DNA of 64,000 nucleotides from an uncultured Clostridia bacterium (GCA_947167045.1 CAMVGO010000003.1:30065-94064); one strand, 5' to 3'. Shown: positions 1 to 10,631, counted from the first letter of the stretch. Numbers and translations: made by a program. The notes: generated from the letters alone by a model not told the origin.

Positions 1-609
1 ATGTTCTTTCTTTTTGTTGCCATCCTATACGGATCGAGCACGAAAAGGCAGGATGCGATAGACAGAAAAGCCGAACTCGACGCTAAACTCGGGGTCATAA
101 CGGAGTCTGACATAACGATCTATTGGATCGGCGAGCCTCCGAAAGAACTTGAGCCGCTTGCGCCCGTAATAAAAGTGATAGAGCCGTCTTCGGCTTCGAA
201 GGACAATCTCCCCATTAAGGGACCTTCGTTTCATACAACCGAATACACTCCTGACGGAAGGCTCGTGTCAGAGGATATCCCGATAGAATATCCCGAAAAC
301 ATGGTCATTGTCATGAGCGGAAGTCCCGTCATTACCGAGAACGGGGCTTCGGCGCTGCTCGACAGCGTGGCAAATAACGGCGTGCCGGTGATCGCTGTGG
401 GTGATGAGGCGTCGGAAGTCTTGGGGAATGTCCTTTCCTACAAGAGAACGCATAAAGGACAGGGTACTTCTTTATACTATTGCCTCGGAAAGAGGTATAA
501 AGAGAACATATTGTCCAAGGAGGCGGTAACAGCCGGCGGTTACGATCTCGCCGATGCCATAGCCGATTTTATTCCCGTCGCCATGGAAGACTACACGCCG
601 GTCAACTGA
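1..609 (+). CDS. Hypothetical protein with hydrophobic N-terminus, probably 5'-truncated by the window edge
   Basis: 202-aa ORF from base 1; no motif recognised. Confidence 0.6.
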   Translation: MFFLFVAILYGSSTKRQDAIDRKAELDAKLGVITESDITIYWIGEPPKELEPLAPVIKVIEPSSASKDNLPIKGPSFHTTEYTPDGRLVSEDIPIEYPENMVIVMSGSPVITENGASALLDSVANNGVPVIAVGDEASEVLGNVLSYKRTHKGQGTSLYYCLGKRYKENILSKEAVTAGGYDLADAIADFIPVAMEDYTPVN

Positions 610-644
610 GTAAAGAAAAGTTCGAAAAATACTCCTGATTTGGT

Positions 645-673
645 TTGACACCTTATTGTAATAATTATAATAT
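645..673 (+). promoter_or_regulatory. Sigma-A-type promoter for the xpt/ABC operon
   Basis: TTGACA at 645-650 and TAATAT at 668-673 (17-nt spacer); TATAAT also at 666-671. Confidence 0.65.
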
Positions 674-709
674 TAAAAGGTGTTTTTATCCTTAAGGGGG
701 GTGGTTTTT

Positions 710-1291
710 ATCCGCGAGTTAGAACAAAGGATCCTTTCCGAAGGCAAAGTGCTTCCGGGAGAGGTGCTCAAGGTAGGAAGCTTCCTGAATCAGCAGATAG
801 ATCCGAAACTTCTGAAGGATATGGGTGATGAGATAGCAAGGCTCTATTCAGGTGACAATGTAACAAAGGTCCTGACTATCGAGTCTTCGGGTATAGCGAT
901 TGCTTTTGCGGCCGGACTCTCAATGGGAGTTCCCGTTGTTTTTGCAAAGAAGCATTCGACGAGCAATGTCTCGGGCGACCTTCTCACAGCCAAGGTTTTC
1001 TCTTATACACATCAGCAGAATTATGACGTCGTGGTATCGGGTGAGTACATCACGCCTGATGATAACGTTCTCATCGTTGACGATTTTCTGGCGAAGGGCA
1101 ACGCGCTTAACGGACTTATCGATATCGTCCGCCAGGCGGATGCCAAACTTGCCGGATGCGCCATTGCGATCGAGAAGGGATTCCAGGGCGGCGGAGACGG
1201 TCTGCGCGAAAAGGGGATAAGGGTCGAGTCACTCGCCATCATCGAGAAGATGACGGACGATTCACTCGAGTTCAGGCCGCAGGAGACCTGA
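710..1291 (+). CDS. xpt: Xanthine phosphoribosyltransferase; start uncertain (ATC 710 preferred, GTG 701 or 680 possible)
   Basis: LKVGSFLNQQIDP, TIESSGIA, PRPP-binding VLIVDDFLAKG, IEKGFQGG. Confidence 0.92.
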   Translation: MRELEQRILSEGKVLPGEVLKVGSFLNQQIDPKLLKDMGDEIARLYSGDNVTKVLTIESSGIAIAFAAGLSMGVPVVFAKKHSTSNVSGDLLTAKVFSYTHQQNYDVVVSGEYITPDDNVLIVDDFLAKGNALNGLIDIVRQADAKLAGCAIAIEKGFQGGGDGLREKGIRVESLAIIEKMTDDSLEFRPQET

Positions 1292-1348
1292 GCGTTTTAA
1301 ATCAGTTATGCATTTATTTGCATATATTTTTGTACGGGAGGCAGTTTT

Positions 1349-2554
1349 ATGAAGAAACTATTTTCACTTGTAGTAACGGCAGCTCTTGCAGTTACTTCAC
1401 TTTTCGCGTTTGCAGGCTGCAGTTCAGCTTCGCAGGGCGGAAGCGGAGCTTCTGAATTCAAGGTAGGTGCGATCTACATCAACAGCCAGAATGACACATC
1501 AGGTTATACCTATGCGCATCATCACGGCATCACGGAGGCAATGAAGACGGTCGGTCTGGATCCTTCAAAGGACCTTTACATCGTTGACAACGTCCCTGAG
1601 GACGACGAGAAGGTAAAGCAGGCCATCGATCAGCTCGCAGGTAACGGATGCGACATCATCTTCGGCATCAGCTTCGGTTATATCAACGCAATGGAAGAGA
1701 AGGCCAAGGAATATCCTGACATCATCTTCTCCCACGCTACCGGATATCTTTCCAACGACAAGAACTTCAACAACTATTTCGGAAGGATCTATCAGGCACG
1801 TTACCTTGCAGGTATCGCAGCAGGATATAAGTCACTCGCAACAGGCAATAACAACATCGGTTACGTTTCCGCTTGGGGTACCGAGTATGCCGAGACATGC
1901 TCCGGCATCAACGGATTTGCTCTCGGTGCTATGTCCGTTAACCCTGATGCAAAGATCAGCGTTTATGAGATCTTTACATGGGGCGACCAGGAACTTGAGA
2001 GACAGGCAGCTGAGACACTCATCGACACATACGGCTGCGGCGTCATCGCACAGCACTGCGACTCGGCTCAGCCTCAGATCGTTGCCAACGAGAAGGGCGT
2101 TTACGGCTGCGGATACAATTCCGACATGACAGCTGAGGCACCTGAAGCACACCTTACAGCTCCTATCTGGAACTGGGACGCTTACTATGCAACAGCCATG
2201 AAGGCTGCAATGACTGATCCTTCAACATTCATGACGGCAGTAGGCAACTACTATGAAGGTCTGAATGCAGGTCTGGTCGACGTATCAGCTCTTTCCAAGA
2301 ACTGCGAGCCTGAGACAAAGGAAGCCATTGATCTTGCCAAGAATCTCATGAAGTCCGGCGAGTGGGATGTATTCTCCGGAGTCAAGCTCTCATTCTCCGG
2401 CGCTGCAGGTTCTGTAGCAGTTGCAAAGACTGATTCAGCTCTTATTGCGAACGACGGAAAAGAGATAGTTGTAGCAGGCGGACCTTCCGTTGACGACGGC
2501 GTCATCCAGGGTTCGATGAACTACTACGTAGAAGGCGTTACACAGGTTAACTGA
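1349..2554 (+). CDS. BMP-family ABC transporter substrate-binding lipoprotein (purine/nucleoside)
   Basis: Lipobox FAGC; GYTYAH, SFGY, YQARYLAGIAAG, QHCDS motifs; adjacent to xpt. Confidence 0.88.
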   Translation: MKKLFSLVVTAALAVTSLFAFAGCSSASQGGSGASEFKVGAIYINSQNDTSGYTYAHHHGITEAMKTVGLDPSKDLYIVDNVPEDDEKVKQAIDQLAGNGCDIIFGISFGYINAMEEKAKEYPDIIFSHATGYLSNDKNFNNYFGRIYQARYLAGIAAGYKSLATGNNNIGYVSAWGTEYAETCSGINGFALGAMSVNPDAKISVYEIFTWGDQELERQAAETLIDTYGCGVIAQHCDSAQPQIVANEKGVYGCGYNSDMTAEAPEAHLTAPIWNWDAYYATAMKAAMTDPSTFMTAVGNYYEGLNAGLVDVSALSKNCEPETKEAIDLAKNLMKSGEWDVFSGVKLSFSGAAGSVAVAKTDSALIANDGKEIVVAGGPSVDDGVIQGSMNYYVEGVTQVN

Positions 2555-2577
2555 TAATTTGTCTAGAGAGGTGTTTT

Positions 2578-4152
2578 ATGGAATATGCCATAGAGCTGAA
2601 AGGTATATCAAAAAGCTTCGGGCCTGTGGCGGCCAATAAGAACATCAACCTGTCTCTTGCAAAGGGCGAGATCCTCGCTCTCTTAGGCGAGAACGGTTCA
2701 GGTAAGACTACACTTATGAACATGCTGTCGGGCATCTATATGCCCGACAGCGGTTCTATTTTTATCGACGGGAAAAAGGTCGAGATCAATTCGCCTGAAG
2801 ATTCGGGCAAGCTCGGGATAGGAATGGTACACCAGCACTTCAAGCTGGTCGAGCGGTTTACGGCGCTCGAGAATATCCGTATCGGAATAAGGGGAGAGGG
2901 GCGCTTCATGCATGGTCCTGAAGTGCGCAAAAAAATAGAAGATACAGCCGCAAAGTTCGGTTTTGACATAGATCTGGACAAGAAAGTCGCCAACATGGCG
3001 GTATCCGAGAAGCAGACATTAGAGATCTTAAAGGTGCTCTGCTACGGTGCGAAGATAATAATCCTCGACGAACCTACGGCCGTCCTTACGGTCCAGGAGA
3101 TCGATAAGCTTTTCGCAGTTCTGCGGAAGATGAAAGAAGACGGTCACTCGATCATCATCATCACTCACAAGCTCAATGAGGTAATGGCAATATCGGACAG
3201 AGTCGCCGTCTTAAGACACGGTGAATATATCGGCACCGTTGTTACCAAAGAAACCAATGAGAAGGCTCTTACAGAACTCATGGTCGGGCGTAAGATTACT
3301 CTGAATATCGACAGGCCCATCATCGAAAAGACGCATCCGCTGCTCGAAATAAGGGATCTCACCGTAAAGAGCGATGAGGGTGCGACTGCTATCGATCACA
3401 TTAATTTCTACATAAGAGGCGGAGAGATACTGGGCGTTGCGGGAATTGCAGGTTCAGGTCAAAAGGAACTCTGCGAAGCCATCGCCGGATTAAGGCCCAT
3501 CGTTGAAGGCCAAATGATCCACGAGGGCGAGAGCATCGTAGGAATGTCCCCGAAAATGATACTGGAACACGGCATCTCGATGAGCTTCATTCCGGAAGAC
3601 CGTCTGGGAATGGGTCTTGCACCATCCATGTCCATTACGGACAACATGATCCTCAAGAACTATAACGAATCGAAAGGCATTTTCGTCGACCGCAAGACAG
3701 CGCGCGAAGAGGCCCAAAAGGTCGTTGATAAACTTGAGATCGTAACGCCTTCGGTCGACATTCCGGTAAGACGCCTTTCCGGCGGTAACGTGCAGAAGGT
3801 CCTGCTCGGAAGAGAGATAAAGTCGGGCCCGAATGTTCTCATCACCGCATATCCCGTAAGAGGTCTTGATATCAACTCGTCTTACACAATCTACAACATC
3901 CTGAACGATGAAAAGAAAAAGGGCGTCGGCATCTTATTTGTCGGCGAGGATCTTGACGTCATGCTCTCGCTCTGCGACAAGATAATGGTTATCTGCCACG
4001 GTAAGCTTCAGGGTGTCGTAAACAGCGACCACACCACAAAGGAAGAGATCGGTCTCATGATGACGGGAACTCTCAACATCGTAAACAAGGAAGGAAAGAC
4101 CGACGGCATCGCCAGGGATTCGGCCATTACGGATGAGGAGGGCAAAGCCTGA
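2578..4152 (+). CDS. Nucleoside/sugar ABC transporter ATP-binding protein (two nucleotide-binding domains)
   Basis: GENGSGKT, MVHQHF, ILDEPT, PEDR, LSGGNVQK. Confidence 0.92.
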   Translation: MEYAIELKGISKSFGPVAANKNINLSLAKGEILALLGENGSGKTTLMNMLSGIYMPDSGSIFIDGKKVEINSPEDSGKLGIGMVHQHFKLVERFTALENIRIGIRGEGRFMHGPEVRKKIEDTAAKFGFDIDLDKKVANMAVSEKQTLEILKVLCYGAKIIILDEPTAVLTVQEIDKLFAVLRKMKEDGHSIIIITHKLNEVMAISDRVAVLRHGEYIGTVVTKETNEKALTELMVGRKITLNIDRPIIEKTHPLLEIRDLTVKSDEGATAIDHINFYIRGGEILGVAGIAGSGQKELCEAIAGLRPIVEGQMIHEGESIVGMSPKMILEHGISMSFIPEDRLGMGLAPSMSITDNMILKNYNESKGIFVDRKTAREEAQKVVDKLEIVTPSVDIPVRRLSGGNVQKVLLGREIKSGPNVLITAYPVRGLDINSSYTIYNILNDEKKKGVGILFVGEDLDVMLSLCDKIMVICHGKLQGVVNSDHTTKEEIGLMMTGTLNIVNKEGKTDGIARDSAITDEEGKA

Positions 4153-5255
4153 TGAGAAGATATCATCTTGTAAGAAGAGCTGATTCACAGTTAAAGAGAA
4201 CGCTTATCTACTATGCGATAGGCATACTCGTATCGCTTACCATAGGAGCCGTTCTCCTGATCTCGCTCGGCATCAATCCTTTCCAGTATTACGGCAGGAT
4301 GTTTACGATAGGACTTGTCGGAAACAAGTACGGATATAAGAGCATCGAAGGTCTGCTCAAGGTCTTCGTTCCGCTCCTCATAACATCGCTCGCACTCAGC
4401 CTTTCGTTCAAGATGCGCTTCTGGAATATCGGAGGCGAGGGCGAATTCCTGATAGGCGCGATCTGCGCATCGATTGTCGCGTTCAACAGTTCGGGAATGC
4501 CGAACTTCGTAACCGTCGTGCTCATGTGCCTTGCTGCCATGATCTCGAGCGGAATAATAGGCGTTGCCATAGCCGCGCTGAAGGTCAGGTTCAACACGAA
4601 CGAGACACTGATGACTCTGATGCTCAACTACATAATGCTGTACGTGATAAGGTATATCGGCGATACGAAAGCTGACTGGAATTTCTTCTTAAGAGAAGAT
4701 TCAGAGAGACCGATCTTCGGCTCATTCCCGGAGTCCGCGGTCATGGGCGGGATCCCGCTGGGCAAGTTCAAGCTCCTGTGGGCGGTGCTCATCGCGATAC
4801 TCCTTACAGCGGTTATTTACATTTATCTCAAATACACAAAACAGGGATATGAGATCTCCGTCGTCGGCGACAGCAGTGCCACGGCAAAATATGCCGGAAT
4901 GAATGTCGGAAAGATCGTCCTGCGCACCATGTTCATTTCATCCGCGCTGATAGGTCTTGCGGCCGCACTTGCAGTATCTTCCGCAGGCACTATCTCAGAT
5001 ACCATTACAAATGATGTGGGGTGGACCGGCATCATCGTTGCATGGCTCAGCAAACTCAGCGTTCCCGCAGTCTTTGTAACGGCCATCCTCATCTCCGTAC
5101 TGCAGTACGGATGCCAAGCTGCTGCCACGCAGTACCCGGCGATCGACGTCAATTTCGCAGACCTGCTTCAGGGAATAATCCTGTTCTCGGTCCTTGTGGC
5201 TGATTTTGCAGCAAACTTCAGGATCGTAAGAAAGGAGGATGCAAAGCATGCTTGA
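4152..5255 (+). CDS. ABC transporter permease (BPD_transp_2 type)
   Basis: Multiple TM segments; WNIGGEG, NETLMTLMLNY, GYEISVVG. Confidence 0.88.
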   Translation: MRRYHLVRRADSQLKRTLIYYAIGILVSLTIGAVLLISLGINPFQYYGRMFTIGLVGNKYGYKSIEGLLKVFVPLLITSLALSLSFKMRFWNIGGEGEFLIGAICASIVAFNSSGMPNFVTVVLMCLAAMISSGIIGVAIAALKVRFNTNETLMTLMLNYIMLYVIRYIGDTKADWNFFLREDSERPIFGSFPESAVMGGIPLGKFKLLWAVLIAILLTAVIYIYLKYTKQGYEISVVGDSSATAKYAGMNVGKIVLRTMFISSALIGLAAALAVSSAGTISDTITNDVGWTGIIVAWLSKLSVPAVFVTAILISVLQYGCQAAATQYPAIDVNFADLLQGIILFSVLVADFAANFRIVRKEDAKHA

Positions 5256-6240
5256 TGTATTCACCTTGTTCCTCTTCAACATAATCGTCTATAACATACC
5301 GCTCCTTTACGGTACGACGGGCGAGATCATGATCGAGAAATCGGGCTCTTTGAACCTTGGCGTTGAAGGCACGATGGCCATCGGCGCCGTTGCGGGTTAT
5401 CTCGTCGGCGCGAAAACGGACAGCCTCTTTGTCGCGGTCCTCGTAAGCTTTATCGCATCAGGACTTGTGGGTCTTTTATTCTCATTCCTGACGGTCACGC
5501 TTCAGGCGAACCAGAATGTAACGGGACTTACCATTACGACATTCGGCGTGGCTTTCTATTACTTCATCGGCAACGCGCTTTCCAACAGCAAGGGCGGCTG
5601 GCCCAAGCTCAGCGGCACAGCTCTTGATGCCCAGTCACAGGCTCTGCACATCCCGGGATTATCCGATATCCCCGTCGTCGGAAAGGCACTCTTTTCGCAC
5701 GGTATCCTGGTGTATTTCGGCATCATAATAGCCATACTCATGTGGTTGTATTTCAAGAAGACCGTTCCCGGATTAAAGCTCAGGGCGATCGGCGAAAACC
5801 CTGCGGCTGCAGACTCTCTCGGAGTCAATGTCGCTCTCTATAAGTACACGCACATTATCATAGGCTCAGGCATCATGGGCATCGGCGGCCTTTACATGGG
5901 ACTTAACATGGGTGGAACGTTCGAAGGTTCGAACTGCTGGATCAACGGCTACGGCTGGATCTCCATAGCTCTCGTAATCTTTGCCAACTGGAGCCCTGCA
6001 AAGGCTCTCCTCGGCACGCTCGTATTCGGCTTCTTCAACACTCTCCGTGTGCAGAATGCCGCGCTTGCTTATGTCTTCCCGAACACTCTGGGATGGCTTA
6101 CCAAGATACCTTCGCACTTTTTCTCGGCTCTGCCGTTCATCATCACGCTTCTCGTTCTCATCATCAGTTCCATGACTTCCAAGGACAAGAGCGGTGAACC
6201 GCAGGCAATAGGACGCAACTACTATCGTGAAGACAGATAA
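5248..6240 (+). CDS. ABC transporter permease (BPD_transp_2 type)
   Basis: EKSGSLNLGVEG, ANQNVTG, LRAIGENPAAADSLG; SD AAGGAGG favours ATG 5248. Confidence 0.88.
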   Translation: MLDVFTLFLFNIIVYNIPLLYGTTGEIMIEKSGSLNLGVEGTMAIGAVAGYLVGAKTDSLFVAVLVSFIASGLVGLLFSFLTVTLQANQNVTGLTITTFGVAFYYFIGNALSNSKGGWPKLSGTALDAQSQALHIPGLSDIPVVGKALFSHGILVYFGIIIAILMWLYFKKTVPGLKLRAIGENPAAADSLGVNVALYKYTHIIIGSGIMGIGGLYMGLNMGGTFEGSNCWINGYGWISIALVIFANWSPAKALLGTLVFGFFNTLRVQNAALAYVFPNTLGWLTKIPSHFFSALPFIITLLVLIISSMTSKDKSGEPQAIGRNYYREDR

Positions 6241-6258
6241 AACAGAAATGGAGAAGTT

Positions 6259-7467
6259 ATGTACAACGTAAGAAAACTGACAGACGATCTTACCTGGATC
6301 GGCGGCTCGGACCGCAAGATCACCAAGTTCGAGAATGTCTACAAGCTCAATTCGGGAATGAACTACAACTCATATTTCCTGGATGCCGGAGCTACGGTGC
6401 TTTTTGATACCGTCGGCAGGGACGCTTCCGAAGTGTTCTTCGAGAATCTCGAATACTGCCTTGCTGGCCGCAAGCTCGATTACATCGTTGTCAACCACAT
6501 GGAGCCTGATCATTCCGCCACTCTCGCGGAGATCCTGGACAAGAATGCCCAAGCGAAGATGATCGTCAACGCAAAGACTTTACAGTTTATCGCGCAGTTC
6601 TTTCCGGGAAAGGACTATTCTTCCAGAGCCGTCACGGTAAAAGACGGTGATGAGCTGGAACTTGGAAGTCATAAGTTCAAGTTCGTCTTTGCTCCGATGG
6701 TCCATTGGCCTGAAGTCATGATGAGTTTTGACGAGACGGAGGGGACACTTTTCAGCGCGGATGCTTTCGGAAGCTACGGCGCGACAGACGGTTCGATCTT
6801 CGCTGACGGGAAGGATCTCGAGAAGGATCTTCTCAATGAAGCGCGCCGTTACTACACGAACATCGTAGGCAAATATGGAATGCAGACGATCGCGGCCATC
6901 AACAAGGTCTCCGCACTCGACATAAAAATGATCTGCCCTCTGCATTCTTATGTATGGCGTAAAGATCTCGAAAAGATCATCGGATACTACAAGACATGGG
7001 CTTCCTATACGCCTGAGACAAAGGGTGTTTTCATCCTTCAGGGATCGATCTACGGACACACCGCAAACTGCGCGGAAGTTCTCATGACGGAACTCGACAG
7101 CAGAGGCGTGGAGTCAGTTATCCTCGACGCATCGACAGCGGATATTTCCGACATCATTGCGATGGCTTTCAAATACAGTCATATAGTCATTGCTTCTCCG
7201 ACATATAATAACAATGTCTATTCACCGGTCGAGCAAGCGGTGAAGGAGCTTGGCGCTCACGGGTTGACCGGAAGGGCTTTCTCTGTTATAGAGAATGGTA
7301 CGTGGGCACCGTCAGCTGCCAAGGGACTGCTCGCGGTGATCGAAGGAATGAAGAACTGCAGGACCGTAGGACAGACCGTTACGGTCAAGTCCGCAGGCGA
7401 CGGCGGCACCAGAGTCAATATCGAAGCGCTTGCCGAAGCCATAATGGAAGATATTAGGAATCTATAA
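6259..7467 (+). CDS. fprA: FprA-family flavodiiron protein (metallo-beta-lactamase plus flavodoxin domains)
   Basis: HMEPDH, MVHWPE, SADAFG, RRYYTNIVG, PLH; C-terminal SIYGHT and SPTYN. Confidence 0.88.
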   Translation: MYNVRKLTDDLTWIGGSDRKITKFENVYKLNSGMNYNSYFLDAGATVLFDTVGRDASEVFFENLEYCLAGRKLDYIVVNHMEPDHSATLAEILDKNAQAKMIVNAKTLQFIAQFFPGKDYSSRAVTVKDGDELELGSHKFKFVFAPMVHWPEVMMSFDETEGTLFSADAFGSYGATDGSIFADGKDLEKDLLNEARRYYTNIVGKYGMQTIAAINKVSALDIKMICPLHSYVWRKDLEKIIGYYKTWASYTPETKGVFILQGSIYGHTANCAEVLMTELDSRGVESVILDASTADISDIIAMAFKYSHIVIASPTYNNNVYSPVEQAVKELGAHGLTGRAFSVIENGTWAPSAAKGLLAVIEGMKNCRTVGQTVTVKSAGDGGTRVNIEALAEAIMEDIRNL

Positions 7468-7487
7468 GAATACGAGGAGATAAACAA

Positions 7488-10400
7488 ATGCATTGTCCAA
7501 ATTGTGGAAAAGAACTAGGCGGATCAGAAAAATTCTGCGGCGGATGCGGATATAATCTCGCTGAGCTCTGGCAGGAATTTGCTGCGGAAGCTGCTCCGGC
7601 AACACCTGCAGCACCTATCCAGGCAGCACCTCTGCCGGAACCCGAACCGGTAACCGTACATTCGGCACCTCTTCCGGAGCCCGTACCCGAACCGGTTAAG
7701 CCTTCAACGCTGCCCGAGCCCGTACCCGAGCCGGTACAGCCTTCACCATTGCCGGAGCCCGTACCTGAACCGGTACAGCCCTCGACACTGCCAGAACCCG
7801 TACCTGTTCAGACTGCTCCCTCATATGCAGAGCCTGCTCCGGTAGAGACAGTGCCTGTTGCAGCACCTGTTGCAGCACCTGTTGCAGCTCCGATCGCAGC
7901 TTCTGTTGCTGCTCCTGCTGCACCTGTTGTACCTGAACCCCCGGCAGCTCCCGCGCCTGCTCCGATGCCTGCAGCAGAGACATATGCGGCACCTGCACCC
8001 GCACCTGCTCCGATGCCCGTTCAGTCCGCATTCGGCGAAGTCAATGCAGCACCTCAGACTCCCGCAGCACAGGCTGCAGGATCATCAGAGCCCCCGAAGA
8101 AAAAGAAGAAGTGGCTGATCCCTCTTATCATCGGTCTTTCAGCCGGACTTCTTGTCGTGATCGGTATCGTTGTTGCTGTTTTTGTTTTCATCAACAATGC
8201 ACCGGAACCTACTGAGCACACCAAGAAAACAACGGAGTCGGAAGAGACGACTACGACTGTTACAGAACCTGAAACGGCTACCAGGACCATCATGGTATAT
8301 GCCATCGGAACAGACCTCGAGTCACAGGGTTCCACTCTGTCTGCTGACGTAAAAGAGATGATGGCTGCCACTCCCGGCAAGAACGTCAACATCGTTCTCC
8401 AGACCGGCGGGTGCTCTGACTTCAGGAACAACTATATGCAGGATGGAATGACACAGCGTTTCTCCATCATCAACGGAAGCATCAAGGAACTCGATAATCT
8501 CGGAGATGTCAGCATGGTAGAGCCTGAAACTCTCGAAGATTTCATCAGGTTCGCAAAGAACGAATTCCCGGCAGAGAATTACATCCTCGTCATGTGGGAT
8601 CACGGCGGCGGAGTTCCTCTCGGATTCGGCATGGATGAGCTCCACGACGGTACGCTCACTGAGATCGAAATGGCTTCAGCCATCAGCAAGTGCGACATCG
8701 AATTCGAGTCTGTCATCTTCAATGCCTGCCTCATGGGATCTCTTGAGGTTGCCAAGGCTTTGGATCCTTATACCGAGTACATAATCGCAGCAGAGAGCCC
8801 CACATGGGGAAGCGCATATTATGATGTTGGCATCAACTATACAAACTTCCTGAACTTCATCGGAAATGATTTCGACGGTGATGTAAAGGACTACAGCGAG
8901 TTCATAGTAAGAGACTACATGGACACGATCGAGAGCACACAGCAGAACCTCGGTTATTTCGGCATCGATACGTGCATGTCCGCTATTGATACCGATAATA
9001 TCAACGAGGTCTATGAAGCATATGAGAAGTTCATTGCAGCTCTTGATTCCAGAGTATTCACACAGAACGGATATGTCGAATACGTTCAGCTCAGAGACGA
9101 CTGCGGAAGCTTTGAATCAACCGACTCTGTTGACCTTACTACACTTGCGAGCAAGTACATCAACTGCGGAGACAAGACGATCGAATCCGCGGCAAGCACG
9201 CTTATCAACGAAGTCGGAAACTGTGTATTTACAGAGAGCAACAACTCTTATACATATGCTCATGGCATGACGACATACGCTCCGTTCCTCTATCCCCAGT
9301 GCTACGATGAGGCCAGGAACACTTTCGTTACTTTGGGCTACAGCGATACGACGATCCAGTTCTACGATAAGTTCGTAAGTAAGGAACTCTACATCCTCAA
9401 GGCTACAAGCTATGCCGGAGACTGGTATATACAGCCTGCAGATGCAGGTCAGATCCAGTCAGGCAACGAGTACGATCTTGAAGAACTCGGTCTCCTCGTT
9501 GACATGGGAGATTATGAGGCTATCCAGCTTACTGACGAAGACTGGGAACTCATACGTGAAGTCAAGGTAACTCTTGCTTATACGAAAGATGATGACGACA
9601 GCAAGATATTCTATCTCGGAACCGACAACCAGTATACGATCGACAGCAACGGATACATCATCATCCAGAATCCGACGAAGTGGGTATACTTCAACAACTT
9701 CGGCTATGTAACCTGCGAGTGCCTTAAGTATGAGGTTGCGGAAGACGGAAAGTGGTACAAGTATCTCGGTGCCGAGGCGCTCATAAACGGACAGACAGCA
9801 TATGTGGTAATTGCATTCAGTTCCGACGATCCGAACGGCAAGATAATAGGTTTCTATTATGCCGACATCATCAACGATACTTTTGATGCAAATCAGGGCT
9901 ATCAGTTCAACGAGGATGATTCGATCATTTTCGTTGAAGAATACTATGACATCAACACGAGCTCGATGCAGTACAAGGAACTCGGAGACTCCGTTTCCTA
10001 TGACAAGGCCGTAAGTCTCTACAGATATTCGTCCGTAAACTACGGTGATGTTAACTGCTATATCGGATTCGATCTCTACGATGTTTACAACAATGATTTC
10101 TATCTCAAGTTAAGACCCGGTAAGCCTGCTTATGAGATCGATGCCGAGAGAGGCAACAGCGATTACTCTACAGGCGGCGATTACGATGAGGGTACTGTTG
10201 ATGCATCGACGATGGTCGGTTTCGTTGTCATCTACGATTCCGACAGCGTACTGGGTGATGCTGAAGCAGACTGGGTCGCTCCCGACGGCTATCTCAAGTC
10301 CGATTCAACATACTATTCGGGTGTAGACAAGATCTCTCTCGTCACGACGATCACCGAGTCTTCAGATGAGGAACTTACTTATACTTATTACTACAGCAGT

Positions 10401-10595
10401 GACAGTATGTTCTCACAGAGAGAACTCGCAACACCCATACACTCAGGCACGGCAAAAGCCGTTGCCGAGGACGGTGCATACAATTATCACTTTGATTACG
10501 ATGGTGAGATCCAACCCGGCTATTACATCATCGCGATAAACGACAGCACCACCGGCGGCAGGATAATGATCTCCGCATGCCAGGTCGTTCAGTAA
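7488..10595 (+). CDS. Zinc-ribbon / Pro-rich / single-TM protein with clostripain-family (peptidase C11) domain
   Basis: N-terminal CPNCG..FCGGCG; KKKKK followed by TM; TIMVYAIGTDLES, VLQTGG, WDHGGG (His) and FNACLMG (Cys). Confidence 0.82.
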   Translation: MHCPNCGKELGGSEKFCGGCGYNLAELWQEFAAEAAPATPAAPIQAAPLPEPEPVTVHSAPLPEPVPEPVKPSTLPEPVPEPVQPSPLPEPVPEPVQPSTLPEPVPVQTAPSYAEPAPVETVPVAAPVAAPVAAPIAASVAAPAAPVVPEPPAAPAPAPMPAAETYAAPAPAPAPMPVQSAFGEVNAAPQTPAAQAAGSSEPPKKKKKWLIPLIIGLSAGLLVVIGIVVAVFVFINNAPEPTEHTKKTTESEETTTTVTEPETATRTIMVYAIGTDLESQGSTLSADVKEMMAATPGKNVNIVLQTGGCSDFRNNYMQDGMTQRFSIINGSIKELDNLGDVSMVEPETLEDFIRFAKNEFPAENYILVMWDHGGGVPLGFGMDELHDGTLTEIEMASAISKCDIEFESVIFNACLMGSLEVAKALDPYTEYIIAAESPTWGSAYYDVGINYTNFLNFIGNDFDGDVKDYSEFIVRDYMDTIESTQQNLGYFGIDTCMSAIDTDNINEVYEAYEKFIAALDSRVFTQNGYVEYVQLRDDCGSFESTDSVDLTTLASKYINCGDKTIESAASTLINEVGNCVFTESNNSYTYAHGMTTYAPFLYPQCYDEARNTFVTLGYSDTTIQFYDKFVSKELYILKATSYAGDWYIQPADAGQIQSGNEYDLEELGLLVDMGDYEAIQLTDEDWELIREVKVTLAYTKDDDDSKIFYLGTDNQYTIDSNGYIIIQNPTKWVYFNNFGYVTCECLKYEVAEDGKWYKYLGAEALINGQTAYVVIAFSSDDPNGKIIGFYYADIINDTFDANQGYQFNEDDSIIFVEEYYDINTSSMQYKELGDSVSYDKAVSLYRYSSVNYGDVNCYIGFDLYDVYNNDFYLKLRPGKPAYEIDAERGNSDYSTGGDYDEGTVDASTMVGFVVIYDSDSVLGDAEADWVAPDGYLKSDSTYYSGVDKISLVTTITESSDEELTYTYYYSSDSMFSQRELATPIHSGTAKAVAEDGAYNYHFDYDGEIQPGYYIIAINDSTTGGRIMISACQVVQ
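7632..7810 (+). repeat. In-frame 39-nt tandem repeat (LPEPVPEPVQPST-like), about 4.5 copies
   Basis: Unit starts at 7632, 7671, 7710, 7749, 7788. Confidence 0.9.
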
Positions 10596-10631
10596 GCGGA
10601 CCTGTTACATGCAGCTAACGAGGTGATAAAG

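Noticed and set aside
610-710. Purine riboswitch upstream of xpt
   Set aside because: The predicted promoter leaves only about 30 nt of leader and no aptamer-like sequence is visible.
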